Shown: in pieces, positions 30,109-40,648 of the stretch
How positions within the stretch are numbered: position 1 is the stretch's first letter
Layout of the letters: the number at the start of each line of letters is the position of its first letter
Assembly: GCA_963663965.2 (NCBI GenBank)
Contig: CAXXFK010000021.1
Span: forward strand, 32,001-96,000
Direction: 5' to 3'
Origin: Sedimentisphaerales bacterium
Lineage (GTDB): Bacteria > Planctomycetota > Phycisphaerae > Sedimentisphaerales > SM23-30
DNA: 64,000 nucleotides
Made by a program: the position numbers and the translations under genes
Notes under the pieces: generated by a model
Seen by the model: only the letters and a program-made list of their open reading frames with translations
Databases searched by the model: none
What the model was told of the DNA's origin: nothing

Positions 30109-31810
30109 CGACAAAATACTATACGACGTCGCGTTTCATTTAATGCACTCTCTGGAAGGCGACATTCCTCCCGAACAATTCGAAGCGTTCAAGAATCTGC
30201 TTCGCGATAATCCCAGGGCGCGCGAATATTATTACAGCCTCCTTTCGATCAATGCTTCTCTTCATGAGGCCGAAAGCGTATTGTTACTGCAAGAGGATTC
30301 TCAATCTCAAGCATCCCGCCAGGATCTTTGGATAGCGTTATCCCGGGAAGAAAAAAACGCGCCAACTCTCGACTTGCCCATGGAAGATAAAGAGCCGGAA
30401 CCGATCCAAACTATGGAACAAATACCGGTTTCGCGTAAAAAGAGCAAATTCTCCAACTTTTCTTTTATTGTATCTCTGGCAGCCATGCTGTTTATCGCTT
30501 TGTTATTACGCCTTGATCAAACCCCTTTGATTCAGGTGGCAACCCTGTCTGACAGCGTAAATGCAGTGTTCGCAGGTAAAAAAACATACGCAACCGGTAG
30601 CCGCTTGTTTGCCCGGCTTGATTCGCTCTGGCTGCAGAAAGGGGCGGTCGAAATCACCTTTGATTCTGGCGCCCGGGTAGTGATTGAAGCCCCGGCTGAA
30701 TTCAATCTGAATTCTTCACTGAAAATGACGATAAATTCCGGCCGGCTTTATGCCCACGTTCCCGAATCCGCGCAAGGGTTCTCCGTTCAGACACCCACAT
30801 CCAATATCGTGGATATGGGGACCGAATTTGCCGTTAAAGTCGATTTTGACAGTACCAGCGACGTTCATATGATCAAAGGCAAAGCGGCTTTACAATCCCT
30901 CAAAAAGGACCGGGCATCTCTGGCTCAAATTCTCACCGCAGGGAATGCCCGTCGAGTCGAAACGTCCGGCGAAATTCAGACGATCCCTATTCGTAGCAAA
31001 GATTTCATCCGGGAATTTCTACCGAACCTGGGAATGGCCTGGCGGGGGCAACCCCTGGATCTGTCAGACTTTATCGGGGGAGGCTGCGGACTTGGCACCG
31101 GCCGACCCCAACAACAGATCGATCCGTTTATTGGCGAAATCGAGCCTTGGCGGCTTGCCCCTCAACGACAGGGTAACGGTGAATATAAGCCCATTTGGGA
31201 TAATCAGTATATTGATGGTGTATTTGTCCCCGATGGCGGCGAAGGCCCCATCCAGGTTACTACGTCGGGGCTTCTCTGGGAGGGCCCCGACACTTCTAAC
31301 TTTTTCAAGTACAATATTGTCAATTCGTTGAAGATTCTGGAAGATCTAAGCGCCTTTGAAAATTATTCCGGTAATATGCCCATCGAAGATGCCATACTGA
31401 CCCAGGCCGCAGAAGGCAATTTGCCGTTGCGTCTGATGGGCATCGCTTCGAAAGACACTCCGGTCGATTGGTCTGATACCAGTATTTTCATTCATTCCAA
31501 CCTGGGGATTACTTTTGATCTGGATGCCGCCAGAAAAGTTGTTCCTCAAGCACGAATTACCAAATTCTCCAGTTTATTTGGCGTAGGTGAAATAACTCTT
31601 CCCGGCGCTAATCTGGATATCTGGGTCCTGGTTGACGGTAAAGTCAAATACGTTTCTCGTAAAGTAAAATTCAACAGTAAACACAATATTAATATTGACT
31701 TGTCAGACACCGACCGTTTTTTAACGCTGGTGATTACCGATGGGGGTGATTGGGGCCAGACCTCTTTCGACTGGGGATTATTTATCAATCCCTGCCTGGT
31801 ATTAGAATAA
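30098..31810 (+). CDS. FecR-like anti-sigma factor with C-terminal NPCBM-like domain
   Basis: One TM helix, FecR motifs (GARVVIEAPAEF, VDMGTEFAV) and C-terminal DRFLTLVITDGGD...DWGLFINP. The GTG start at 30098 overlaps the end of the sigma gene; the ORF track gives 30080. Confidence 0.85.
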   Translation: MKHDDKILYDVAFHLMHSLEGDIPPEQFEAFKNLLRDNPRAREYYYSLLSINASLHEAESVLLLQEDSQSQASRQDLWIALSREEKNAPTLDLPMEDKEPEPIQTMEQIPVSRKKSKFSNFSFIVSLAAMLFIALLLRLDQTPLIQVATLSDSVNAVFAGKKTYATGSRLFARLDSLWLQKGAVEITFDSGARVVIEAPAEFNLNSSLKMTINSGRLYAHVPESAQGFSVQTPTSNIVDMGTEFAVKVDFDSTSDVHMIKGKAALQSLKKDRASLAQILTAGNARRVETSGEIQTIPIRSKDFIREFLPNLGMAWRGQPLDLSDFIGGGCGLGTGRPQQQIDPFIGEIEPWRLAPQRQGNGEYKPIWDNQYIDGVFVPDGGEGPIQVTTSGLLWEGPDTSNFFKYNIVNSLKILEDLSAFENYSGNMPIEDAILTQAAEGNLPLRLMGIASKDTPVDWSDTSIFIHSNLGITFDLDAARKVVPQARITKFSSLFGVGEITLPGANLDIWVLVDGKVKYVSRKVKFNSKHNINIDLSDTDRFLTLVITDGGDWGQTSFDWGLFINPCLVLE

Positions 31811-32029
31811 ATCATACCTGACTATGCCTGGCCCGGGAGAACCAGGACGTTGAATCGTTAGCAAAGGATCATGAAAAATAGTTTTCATTCATAGCCGGGG
31901 AAAACGAATCATAACAACGATGAACAAGAACCCGCGTTCACTCCTACCCATTGACTATCCTCCCGATTTCTCTATTCGATTCTTCGCATCGAATTTATAC
32001 AGAACATATTCAGGTATTGGAGAATTGCC

Positions 32030-35000
32030 ATGCCAGATAAAACATTTTACCAAATAGCCTTTTGTTTCCTGAGTTCGCTACCTTTCATCTGCCGCTCGGC
32101 CCTTGCCACTAATACAGGAGCGGTCATGCCAGACTATTTACGCTGCGAATATCGAGTCAATCCCATCGGAATCGATAATACCTCACCACGCTTAAGCTGG
32201 ACTCTCCAATCCTCTCAGCGTGGTCAAAATCAAACTGCTTATCGTATCCTCATCGCCTCTTCCTCTGAAAAACTCCAACTGGACCAGGGGGACTTATGGG
32301 ACTCCGGCAAAGTCAACAGCGCCGAAACCACCGCAATCACTTATGCCGGTACTCCCTTAACTTCAGGCCTGGACTGTTTCTGGAAAGTTAAAGCCTGGGA
32401 TAATAGTGGCAATGAGAGCCCCTGGAGCGCACCGGCTCACTGGTCTATGGGCCTATTGCAAGCCAACGACTGGGAAGCCCAATGGATAGGTTTTGATCCT
32501 GCCGATGCCATTCCATCGCTCCCGCCGGCCATGAGCCGCGCCAACTGGATCTGGAGCCATACCAATGCCAATATCAGCGCCGCGCCCGGCCTGCGCTATT
32601 TTCGGCGCTCGTTTCAACTACCGGCTGGCCAGCAGATCTCACAAGCCCATTGCTATATCACGGCTGACAATGCCTATGAACTTTATCTCAACGGCCACTA
32701 CCTTAAAAGCGGCAGCGATCACACAGTCATTTCTTCTGTTACCCTCTCAGAATTCCTGCAATCTAGAACCAACACGTTGGCAGTTCAGGTGGAGAATCAG
32801 GGCGATTCATCCAATCCGGCTGGATTACTGGCGGCAATAGTCATCGAATTTACTAATAACGAAACTCTGGAAATAGTCAGTGACAACCAGTGGCGTACCA
32901 ATTCGCAGGAAATCACCAATTGGAAGACTATCTCCTTCGATGATTCGAACTGGGCCAATACTGTAAGCCTTGGCCTGTACGGTATGTCTCCCTGGCAGCA
33001 AACAAAAATGCCCCAGCTGCCGCCCGCACGCTATTTGCGTAATGCTTACCAGCTTGCCGACAAACCCATCAAAAAAGCCCGGATATACGCTTCTGCCCTG
33101 GGCATTTATCAGCTCTATATGAATGGCCGGCGGATTTCTCAGGACTACTTCTCACCCGGTTGGGAAGACTACACTAAGCGCATCTATTATCGCACCTACG
33201 ATGTCACCAGCGTTCTGCAAAGCGGCGATAATGCTATCGGTGCGGTTCTGGCAGATGGCTGGTTCGCCGGCTATGTTGGTTACGCCGGGCAACGAAACCA
33301 TTACGGCCAGTATCTCCGTTTGCTGTGCCAGCTGAGTATTGAATATCAGGATGGCACCACTCAAACCATTGCTTCAGGCCCCGACTGGAAGGGTTCTTTG
33401 GGCCCAATCCGTCAAGCCGACTTCCTCAAAGGTGAATCTTATGATGCCCGACGGGAATTACCCGGCTGGAACACTCCAGGCTGCGACCAGAGTCACTGGC
33501 AGCCGGTCACCACCGGGCGCCCCGAGATTCAGCCGACAGTCCAGGCCGCCGTCTCCGAACCGGTGGTTGTCTTTGAAGAAGTTCATCCCGTTGCCATTAC
33601 TCAGCCTGTTCCCGGACAGTACGTGTTTAATATGGGCCAGAATTTCGCCGGTGTCGTTCGGATTCAAGTCCAGGGCCAACCCGGCCAGACCATCCAGCTC
33701 CGGCATGCCGAACGCCTCAATCCCGATGGGACTATCTATACAGCCAACCTGCGTTCCGCGACTTCTACCGATACCTATATCTGCAAGGGTGAAGGGATCG
33801 AAACCTGGCAGCCGTATTTCACCTTCCACGGTTTCCAATATGTCGAACTGACCGGTCTTGATTATCAACCTGCCCTCGATACCATAGTCGGCCTGGCTCT
33901 CAGCAGCAATACACCCACTGTCGGGACTTTCGAATGTTCCGATCCCATGGTCAACAAACTGCAATCCAACGCCGTCTGGACCCAGCGGATGAACTTTATT
34001 GATATTCCCACCGATTGCCCCCAGCGTGATGAACGACTCGGCTGGACTGGAGACGCCCAGGTCTATATCAATACCGCCTGTTATCATAACGATGTCCAGG
34101 CCTTCTTTACCAAGTGGCTCGTCGATCTGACCGACGCACAACGGTCCGACGGCCAGTTCCCTACCGTCGCGCCCTTGAAAGTTTCTGGTAGCGACGGCGG
34201 ACCGGCCTGGGCCGATGCCGGGATTATCTGTCCCTGGACCATCTATAAAATGTACGGCGATACCCAAATTCTGGCCACTCATTACGAAGCCATGAAAAAG
34301 TTCATCACCTTCTGCCATAACCGCTGCACCGTTGATCTGTTGCCGCCCGCCTCATTCCACTGTTTTGGCGACTGGCTCAACATCAATGATAATACCCCCG
34401 CTGATGTCATCTATATGGCCTATTTTGCCCATAGCACCGATCTGATGGCCCGTATCGCTGAAGCCCTCGGCCAGACCGCCGATGCCGCCAGCTACCGCCA
34501 GTTATTCGAACAGATCAAAGCCTCGTTCAATGCCGCTTATGTGGATACCAGCGGTGTTATCAAAGGGGATACCCAGACCGCATACGTCATGGCCATCGCC
34601 TATGACCTGCTGGACAATACCAAACTTGAATTGGCCGCCGGTCATCTGGTCCGCCGTATCAAAGAATGCGACTGGCATCTCGCCACTGGTTTTGTCGGCA
34701 CCAAAGACCTGATGCTGGCCCTGGCAAAGATCGGCCGCAATGATGTCGCTTACCGTCTATTGCATAACGATACCTTCCCCTCCTGGGGATACTCCATCAA
34801 GTACGGCGCCACCTCCATCTGGGAACGCTGGAACGGCTGGACACCCGAACAGGGTTTTGCTGATCCCGGTATGAATTCATTCGCCCATTATTCTTTTGGC
34901 GCGGTCTGTCAGTGGATCTTCGAAAATATCGGCGGGATCCAGACCGATGGCCCGGCCTTCAAACACATTGTCCTGAAACCTCAGCCCGGCGGTACCCTGA

Positions 35001-37522
35001 CTTACGCCAAAACCAGTTTCCAGTCCATCCGGGGCCTCATTCAGACCGACTGGCAATTGGATGGCCCGGTATTCCAATGTCAGCTTTCTATCCCGCCCAA
35101 CACCACCGCCACCTTATATATCCCCACTGACAATGCGAGCAGTGTAACCGAATCGAACATCCCTGCCACCCAGGCTGCCGGAGTAACATTCATAGAATTT
35201 AAAAATGGTTATGCTATCTATTCCCTGATGTCCGGCGCCTATCATTTTCAGTCACGCCTCAGTTGGGCCATTTTACCATGGACCTCCGATGCCGACGCTA
35301 CTATCAGCGCCGGTAAAGTTTACACCCATAAAGTCAACCTCCATACCGATGAATCCCAAACCACGATTGTCAATGGCGTCTCCTTTGAAAATGACAATAA
35401 CCGCGCCGGATCCAACTGGTCCCTGGTCACAGCGCCCCTCACTCATACCCGTACTTACGATATCCAGATAACCGGCGATGGCGCGGCTCTGGTTCGCAAC
35501 TTTTTCTATTATGAACCTGCTCAGCTTAAACTCACTGGTCTGATTCCCGGTCGTCAATACTGTCTGACTCATTATACCAGGGGCTTTGGCGATCCCGGCG
35601 AACGCTATGTCAATATTACCAGTAGTATCGACAACTCTACCTCTCTTTTCGATCAGAATTTCTTCGGCAACGGAAACGGGGCTTTGTTCCGGTACACTTA
35701 TATCGCCCCCGCCTCCGGCCAGCTCACTCTGACTTACCAGGCGGTCAATCCGGCGGATACCTGGCACCACTACGCCTTCACCAATGAAGAAGTAATTCCC
35801 GTATATCTCGATCCAGCTCCGCTGCCCGGTGCTGAAATCGAAATCGACTCCAACTTAAGCTGGACACTCAACGGCTCCCTGTCTGATCCTCAATATCGCT
35901 TGATCCTTGCCACCAATCCCAACCTGTCCAACCCCGTAACAGACGTTTCCGGCCTGACGGATAACCGTTATACGCCATCCCTGAATGCCGGTACCGACTA
36001 TTACTGGCAGGTAACTATTCTCAAAGATGATACGATCGTCTATACCAGCCCAATCTGGCAGTTCACCACGCTAACCGCTCCCCCCGACGCCGAAAAAGTT
36101 CTCCAATGGTCCTTTAACGAAACCCGGGGCGCTGTCGCATATCAATCTGTACCTGCTTCAATAGGGGATGGAACACTGATCGGATTTAACGATCCCGACT
36201 CCCCTTCAGTTCATCAGCCCGGTCTGGCAGGGAACGCCTTACTGCTCAATGGCGCGGATGAATATGTCGATATCAGTTCCGCCCATAACGCTCTGCCCAT
36301 CGCCGAAGGCCAGTCTTTCTCGATCTCCGGTTATTTCCGCACCTATGGTAATTACGGTCCGCTGTTTTCCATGCGTAACTCCAATACCGAAACCCCCATT
36401 ATCGATATTACCCTGGGAGCGGATGGCGTTCAGAACCAGCCCGGCAAAGTCTGTCTCCTCGTTCGCGAGAATAACGGCTACATGAGCTATATCAATTCCG
36501 GCCAGAACGTCAACGATGGCCAGTGGCACAATCTCATCGTTACCCGTCACGACAATATATGGACTCTTTACCTCGACGGGAACGTTCGAGCCACCATGTC
36601 CGGAAGCGCCACCGGCGCCCTTACACCCAACTGGCTGGCTATCGGCAGTTCCATCGAATGGCTCTCAGCCAATTGGCAGCCTAATTATAACCACTATCGC
36701 TTTTTCAAAGGACTGGTGGACGAATTTACCGTCTGGCAGGGTGTCCTGCAACCTCATCAAAGGACTCAGCTTCAGGCGCTGATTACGGCGCCACAGGACA
36801 TCAACTCCGATTCGATAATCGATTCGCTGGATCTTAACACCATGGCTGATCAATGGCTCACCAACCAGATCATTCCCGCCCAATCCAGCATTCTGGAGGA
36901 TATGGAAGCCTATAACGCCACGGCCATCTCTTATAGCGATTACTGGCTCAATCCTGCCGAATCCGGCTACGGCAATACCGACCTGGCTATCGTCCACGAC
37001 TCCGCCGCAGGCCAGGCCTTACAATGGAACTTTAACTTTAATGGTAACCAATATGCCAAATGCAATTTCCGTCTGCGTGATCGCCGTACGGACCTTGCGC
37101 CATTCAATCGTTTGCAGATCCGCCTGAAAAAACCAGCCTCCAATCCCGGCGATACCTTGCTACTTGACCTTTACGACGGCCGATCCAATATCGATCCCAT
37201 CAGTTCAGGTTTGTATTACAAAGGCCGCGCCAGTTTTGATCTGTCCAATCTACCTGCCAATCAGTGGACAACCCTCCAGGCCGAAATTCCCTACGACTTT
37301 GCGAACGGCTTCCCCGAAACCTGTCACGATCTCTACCAATTTGATCTGTTCATCGGCGAAACCGATCGTACCGGTTCCGGAACCCTTCTGATCGATACCA
37401 TCACCTTGATTAATGACGCGCCCGATTGTTTCCCGGCCGTTGACAGCCTCCAACCTGACCTAAACGACGATTGTATAGTCAATTTGCTGGATTATCTTCT
37501 GTTATCCCAGGTCTGGGAATGA
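32030..37522 (+). CDS. Multidomain GH78 alpha-L-rhamnosidase with LamG and dockerin-like EF-hand motifs
   Basis: LRCEYRVNPIGID, PTDCPQRDERLGWTGDAQ, GATSIWERWN, MNSFAHYSFG; C-terminal LamG and DINSDSIIDSLDL / DLNDDCIVNLLDY. Confidence 0.93.
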   Translation: MPDKTFYQIAFCFLSSLPFICRSALATNTGAVMPDYLRCEYRVNPIGIDNTSPRLSWTLQSSQRGQNQTAYRILIASSSEKLQLDQGDLWDSGKVNSAETTAITYAGTPLTSGLDCFWKVKAWDNSGNESPWSAPAHWSMGLLQANDWEAQWIGFDPADAIPSLPPAMSRANWIWSHTNANISAAPGLRYFRRSFQLPAGQQISQAHCYITADNAYELYLNGHYLKSGSDHTVISSVTLSEFLQSRTNTLAVQVENQGDSSNPAGLLAAIVIEFTNNETLEIVSDNQWRTNSQEITNWKTISFDDSNWANTVSLGLYGMSPWQQTKMPQLPPARYLRNAYQLADKPIKKARIYASALGIYQLYMNGRRISQDYFSPGWEDYTKRIYYRTYDVTSVLQSGDNAIGAVLADGWFAGYVGYAGQRNHYGQYLRLLCQLSIEYQDGTTQTIASGPDWKGSLGPIRQADFLKGESYDARRELPGWNTPGCDQSHWQPVTTGRPEIQPTVQAAVSEPVVVFEEVHPVAITQPVPGQYVFNMGQNFAGVVRIQVQGQPGQTIQLRHAERLNPDGTIYTANLRSATSTDTYICKGEGIETWQPYFTFHGFQYVELTGLDYQPALDTIVGLALSSNTPTVGTFECSDPMVNKLQSNAVWTQRMNFIDIPTDCPQRDERLGWTGDAQVYINTACYHNDVQAFFTKWLVDLTDAQRSDGQFPTVAPLKVSGSDGGPAWADAGIICPWTIYKMYGDTQILATHYEAMKKFITFCHNRCTVDLLPPASFHCFGDWLNINDNTPADVIYMAYFAHSTDLMARIAEALGQTADAASYRQLFEQIKASFNAAYVDTSGVIKGDTQTAYVMAIAYDLLDNTKLELAAGHLVRRIKECDWHLATGFVGTKDLMLALAKIGRNDVAYRLLHNDTFPSWGYSIKYGATSIWERWNGWTPEQGFADPGMNSFAHYSFGAVCQWIFENIGGIQTDGPAFKHIVLKPQPGGTLTYAKTSFQSIRGLIQTDWQLDGPVFQCQLSIPPNTTATLYIPTDNASSVTESNIPATQAAGVTFIEFKNGYAIYSLMSGAYHFQSRLSWAILPWTSDADATISAGKVYTHKVNLHTDESQTTIVNGVSFENDNNRAGSNWSLVTAPLTHTRTYDIQITGDGAALVRNFFYYEPAQLKLTGLIPGRQYCLTHYTRGFGDPGERYVNITSSIDNSTSLFDQNFFGNGNGALFRYTYIAPASGQLTLTYQAVNPADTWHHYAFTNEEVIPVYLDPAPLPGAEIEIDSNLSWTLNGSLSDPQYRLILATNPNLSNPVTDVSGLTDNRYTPSLNAGTDYYWQVTILKDDTIVYTSPIWQFTTLTAPPDAEKVLQWSFNETRGAVAYQSVPASIGDGTLIGFNDPDSPSVHQPGLAGNALLLNGADEYVDISSAHNALPIAEGQSFSISGYFRTYGNYGPLFSMRNSNTETPIIDITLGADGVQNQPGKVCLLVRENNGYMSYINSGQNVNDGQWHNLIVTRHDNIWTLYLDGNVRATMSGSATGALTPNWLAIGSSIEWLSANWQPNYNHYRFFKGLVDEFTVWQGVLQPHQRTQLQALITAPQDINSDSIIDSLDLNTMADQWLTNQIIPAQSSILEDMEAYNATAISYSDYWLNPAESGYGNTDLAIVHDSAAGQALQWNFNFNGNQYAKCNFRLRDRRTDLAPFNRLQIRLKKPASNPGDTLLLDLYDGRSNIDPISSGLYYKGRASFDLSNLPANQWTTLQAEIPYDFANGFPETCHDLYQFDLFIGETDRTGSGTLLIDTITLINDAPDCFPAVDSLQPDLNDDCIVNLLDYLLLSQVWE

Positions 37523-37553
37523 AATTCGGATGTTTCCATATAATCCGCCTATT

Positions 37554-37587
37554 AAAAAAGCCCGCTGAAAGAACAACGGGCTTTTTT
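37554..37587. terminator. Bidirectional intrinsic terminator
   Basis: AAAAAAGCCCG-loop-CGGGCTTTTTT between convergent genes. Confidence 0.88.
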
Positions 37588-37611
37588 ATTTTGTGATTGA
37601 TCGATAATGTC

Positions 37612-39036
37612 TTACCAGGTCTCCGTCACTATAAACTTAATCACATGCTCGGAATCAGGGATCGTCTTGATCGTAAACCGGGCGGTCGTTGCGTCGATCT
37701 TTTCATAATCGATATTATTCGAACTGATAACCCAGGTTCGATTTTCCATGAATTTTTCATCGACACAAACCGAAACTGTTTCAGTCTTACGGTTTTTGAT
37801 CGTTATTTCCCGCGTGGTCTGACGCCAGCCAGTCCGGGCTTTCTGATCCACGGATTTCTGTTCACCCACAATGTCGAACGCGTCCCCGATATAAAGTTTC
37901 ACCTTCTCCTCACGCGGGGTATGATCGATACTGTCTTCACCAACAAATTCCAACGCATCATCGGCCGGATCCTTCTTAAAAGTCCGGATTTTACCTGCCG
38001 GTAACGCGATACCCAGGCCATATGTCTCCTTATTATCGAACTCAAACATGATCTTAACCTTGTTTTCGCGGTTGCGCACCAGCCATGGATCAATCGACGT
38101 TTCATAAATATACCTTTTTTCCACCGGAATATCATGTACCGGTTCAATGAATTCGATCTGCTTGGTCTGGTTATTATTCAAGGTGCTGGCCCGGCCCAGG
38201 GTATACATATGGTAATCCATAAAGGCTTTCTCTTCGAATCCCGCCGGAGCGGCTTCCGGTTCCGCCATCATCATTAATTCGGTCCGGGCTCGACGGGTCA
38301 TGATTGGCGGACTGATCCGTCGAACGTTACCGGCAATCAATTTCACTTTTGCGTCCTGATAAGCGGCTCCACTTCGATTATCGATCGTAACCCAGCCGGT
38401 CAGATCCAGCGCTTTCTCATTGTCGGATATAATCGCGGTATAGTCCGCCTTCCAACTCATTCCCGTCGCCGTATAGGTAATCTGGCAAGGCTGAGCGCCG
38501 GCCAGCTTGCTCTGTGCCAGCCAGACCAGCGTCGGCCGCGTGATTAAATCCTCCGGCCGCTTTTCCAGCATGATGCGTTCCACACTGTCCCGGTTCACTA
38601 TTTCGATCATACCCGACACGGCGTTCTGGATTATCAAATCCGAACCGATCGCGGCATTCAGGATCCCCGATATCTGATTCGGGTTTCCCTGGCCACTGCC
38701 TTTCACCCAGATGTTTACTCTTTTATCGATATATCGCTTCAGTAAACTATCGGTATTGACCAGATCATATTCATAATTCTGTTCCAGAATACTTACCTGA
38801 TCAGGCTTGTTCAAACATTTGAAACTCACACTGGTTGGATCGATCGTCGCCGCCACATCGGTAAATCGTAAAGTATTCAGACCGCTTTTTAACTCCAGAG
38901 ACCGATTGTCACGAATGACGGCAAAATTATCGTTATAGACAGTGATGGCAACCGAATCACGTTCACCGGTCGCCCCTGCCACGCTGATCATGATCGCGAT
39001 AAGAAATCCAAATAGATACTGCTGTCCGGTTTTCAT
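37612..39036 (-). CDS. DUF4139-family secreted protein
   Basis: VAITVYNDNFAVIRD, ILEQNYEYDL, GIALPAGKIR, FVGEDSIDHTP motifs. The ATG at 39036 has an AAGGAG RBS. Confidence 0.85.
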   Translation of the reverse strand: MKTGQQYLFGFLIAIMISVAGATGERDSVAITVYNDNFAVIRDNRSLELKSGLNTLRFTDVAATIDPTSVSFKCLNKPDQVSILEQNYEYDLVNTDSLLKRYIDKRVNIWVKGSGQGNPNQISGILNAAIGSDLIIQNAVSGMIEIVNRDSVERIMLEKRPEDLITRPTLVWLAQSKLAGAQPCQITYTATGMSWKADYTAIISDNEKALDLTGWVTIDNRSGAAYQDAKVKLIAGNVRRISPPIMTRRARTELMMMAEPEAAPAGFEEKAFMDYHMYTLGRASTLNNNQTKQIEFIEPVHDIPVEKRYIYETSIDPWLVRNRENKVKIMFEFDNKETYGLGIALPAGKIRTFKKDPADDALEFVGEDSIDHTPREEKVKLYIGDAFDIVGEQKSVDQKARTGWRQTTREITIKNRKTETVSVCVDEKFMENRTWVISSNNIDYEKIDATTARFTIKTIPDSEHVIKFIVTETW

Positions 39037-39109
39037 AACTAACTCCTTACTGAAAATACAGTTACAATACACTATATCATAGTATCGAACGATACCCTTT
39101 TCAAACTTT

Positions 39110-39143
39110 AGGGTACCTCTAAAAATTGTTTTAGAGGTGCCCT
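39110..39143. repeat. 15-bp inverted repeat (one mismatch) between divergent genes
   Basis: AGGGTACCTCTAAAA-ATTG-TTTTAGAGGTGCCCT. Confidence 0.8.
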
Positions 39144-39247
39144 TTGTAATCTTTTAGATGTTTTACCCCCACAAAAGTATGCAATATAAATGTAAAAACT
39201 CCCCTTTATAGTATAGTAGCAAAACCGTTATTTTTGGAGATATTGAC

Positions 39248-40636
39248 ATGAATAAACAAATTTTCGTGATCTTATTAGCTTTGGGCACCCTGGTTTTCAG
39301 TGCAGAAAATGATAAAATTAAACCAAAAATGCTCGATATCTGGCCTGAAAATCCCGCTTACTGGTCTTATGACAACAAGCCGGTCCTGCTGATTGGCGGT
39401 AGTGACGATGACAACCTCTTCCAGCATCCCAAATTAAAAGAACAACTCGATCTGCTCAAAAATTGCGGCGGGAACTACATCCGCAATACCATGAGTGCCC
39501 GTAATGATCGCGGCTGGGAGGTCCAGGCCTTCTTAAAGCTGGACAATGGCCGCTACGATCTGGAACGCTGGAATCCGGAGTATTGGCAACGGTTCGAAAA
39601 TATGCTCAAATGGACTGCCGAACGTGACATTATTATACAGATCGAAGTCTGGGCCACCTTCGATTATTATCGCGAACCCTGGGCTGCCAATCCTTTTAAT
39701 CCCAGGAATAATATCAATTACACCCCCGAGACCTCCGGCCTGCCTGTTGAAGTCAACTCTCATCCAACCCGGACGGAAAACAACTTTTTCTGGTCTGTCC
39801 CCAAAGAACGCAACCAGAAAACCGTACTGAAATATCAAAAACAATTCGTCGACAAAATACTCTCCTATACCCTCTCTAGAGGTAACGTGCTCTATTGCAT
39901 GGATAACGAAACCTCTGTCACTCCCGAATGGGGCTACTACTGGTCCGATTATATCCGCAACCGGGCCCGGCAGGCCGGCGTCAAGGTCCATACTACCGAA
40001 ATGTGGGACAACTGGAACCTGGCAGACAAACAGCATAATCCATCCTTCGATCATCCCGAAATTTACTCATTCGTCGATATCTCTCAGAACAACCATCAAA
40101 AAGGCCAGCAACATTGGGATAACGCCCAGAAACAGCGCGCCCGTATTGCGGATCATATCCGTCCTTTGAATAACGTCAAAATCTACGGAGCCGATACCGG
40201 CCGGTTCGGTAACAGCCAGGACGGCCAGGAACGGTTCTGGCGCAATATCTTCGGCGGCCTTGCTTCCGCCCGGTTCCACCGCCCCGATTCTGGACTTGGA
40301 TTAAGTGAAATCGCCCAGGCCAATATCCATAGCCTCCGCCAACTCACCGACCGGATGGATTTCTTTCATTGCCGGCCACATAATGAACTTCTAGCGGACC
40401 GTCAGGATAACGAAGCCTATTGTATCGCGCAACCCGGCCGGGAATATGCCGTCTATTTCCCTCAGGGTGGCCAGGTTCAATTGAAACTGGACCGTTCCCA
40501 ACCGGTTTCCATTCATTGGCTGGATATTGCCAAAACAACCTGGCAAAAACCAATCCACAACCAATCAGGGAACACAATCAACCTCAAATGCCAGAACAAT
40601 CAGAGTTGGGCAGTCCTGGTCCAGATCAACGAATGA
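39248..40636 (+). CDS. Secreted putative glycoside hydrolase (clan GH-A-like TIM barrel) with C-terminal beta domain
   Basis: Signal peptide; GGNYIR, YDLERWNPEYWQR, LYCMDNE; C-terminal AYCIAQPGREYAVYFP. Confidence 0.65.
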   Translation: MNKQIFVILLALGTLVFSAENDKIKPKMLDIWPENPAYWSYDNKPVLLIGGSDDDNLFQHPKLKEQLDLLKNCGGNYIRNTMSARNDRGWEVQAFLKLDNGRYDLERWNPEYWQRFENMLKWTAERDIIIQIEVWATFDYYREPWAANPFNPRNNINYTPETSGLPVEVNSHPTRTENNFFWSVPKERNQKTVLKYQKQFVDKILSYTLSRGNVLYCMDNETSVTPEWGYYWSDYIRNRARQAGVKVHTTEMWDNWNLADKQHNPSFDHPEIYSFVDISQNNHQKGQQHWDNAQKQRARIADHIRPLNNVKIYGADTGRFGNSQDGQERFWRNIFGGLASARFHRPDSGLGLSEIAQANIHSLRQLTDRMDFFHCRPHNELLADRQDNEAYCIAQPGREYAVYFPQGGQVQLKLDRSQPVSIHWLDIAKTTWQKPIHNQSGNTINLKCQNNQSWAVLVQINE

Positions 40637-40648
40637 CCGCCTGACAGG

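Noticed and set aside
29462..31871. Shared 9-mer AAAGGATCA upstream of the ECF gene and of GH78 as a possible ECF promoter
   Set aside because: A single 9-mer match between two ~250-bp regions can easily occur by chance.
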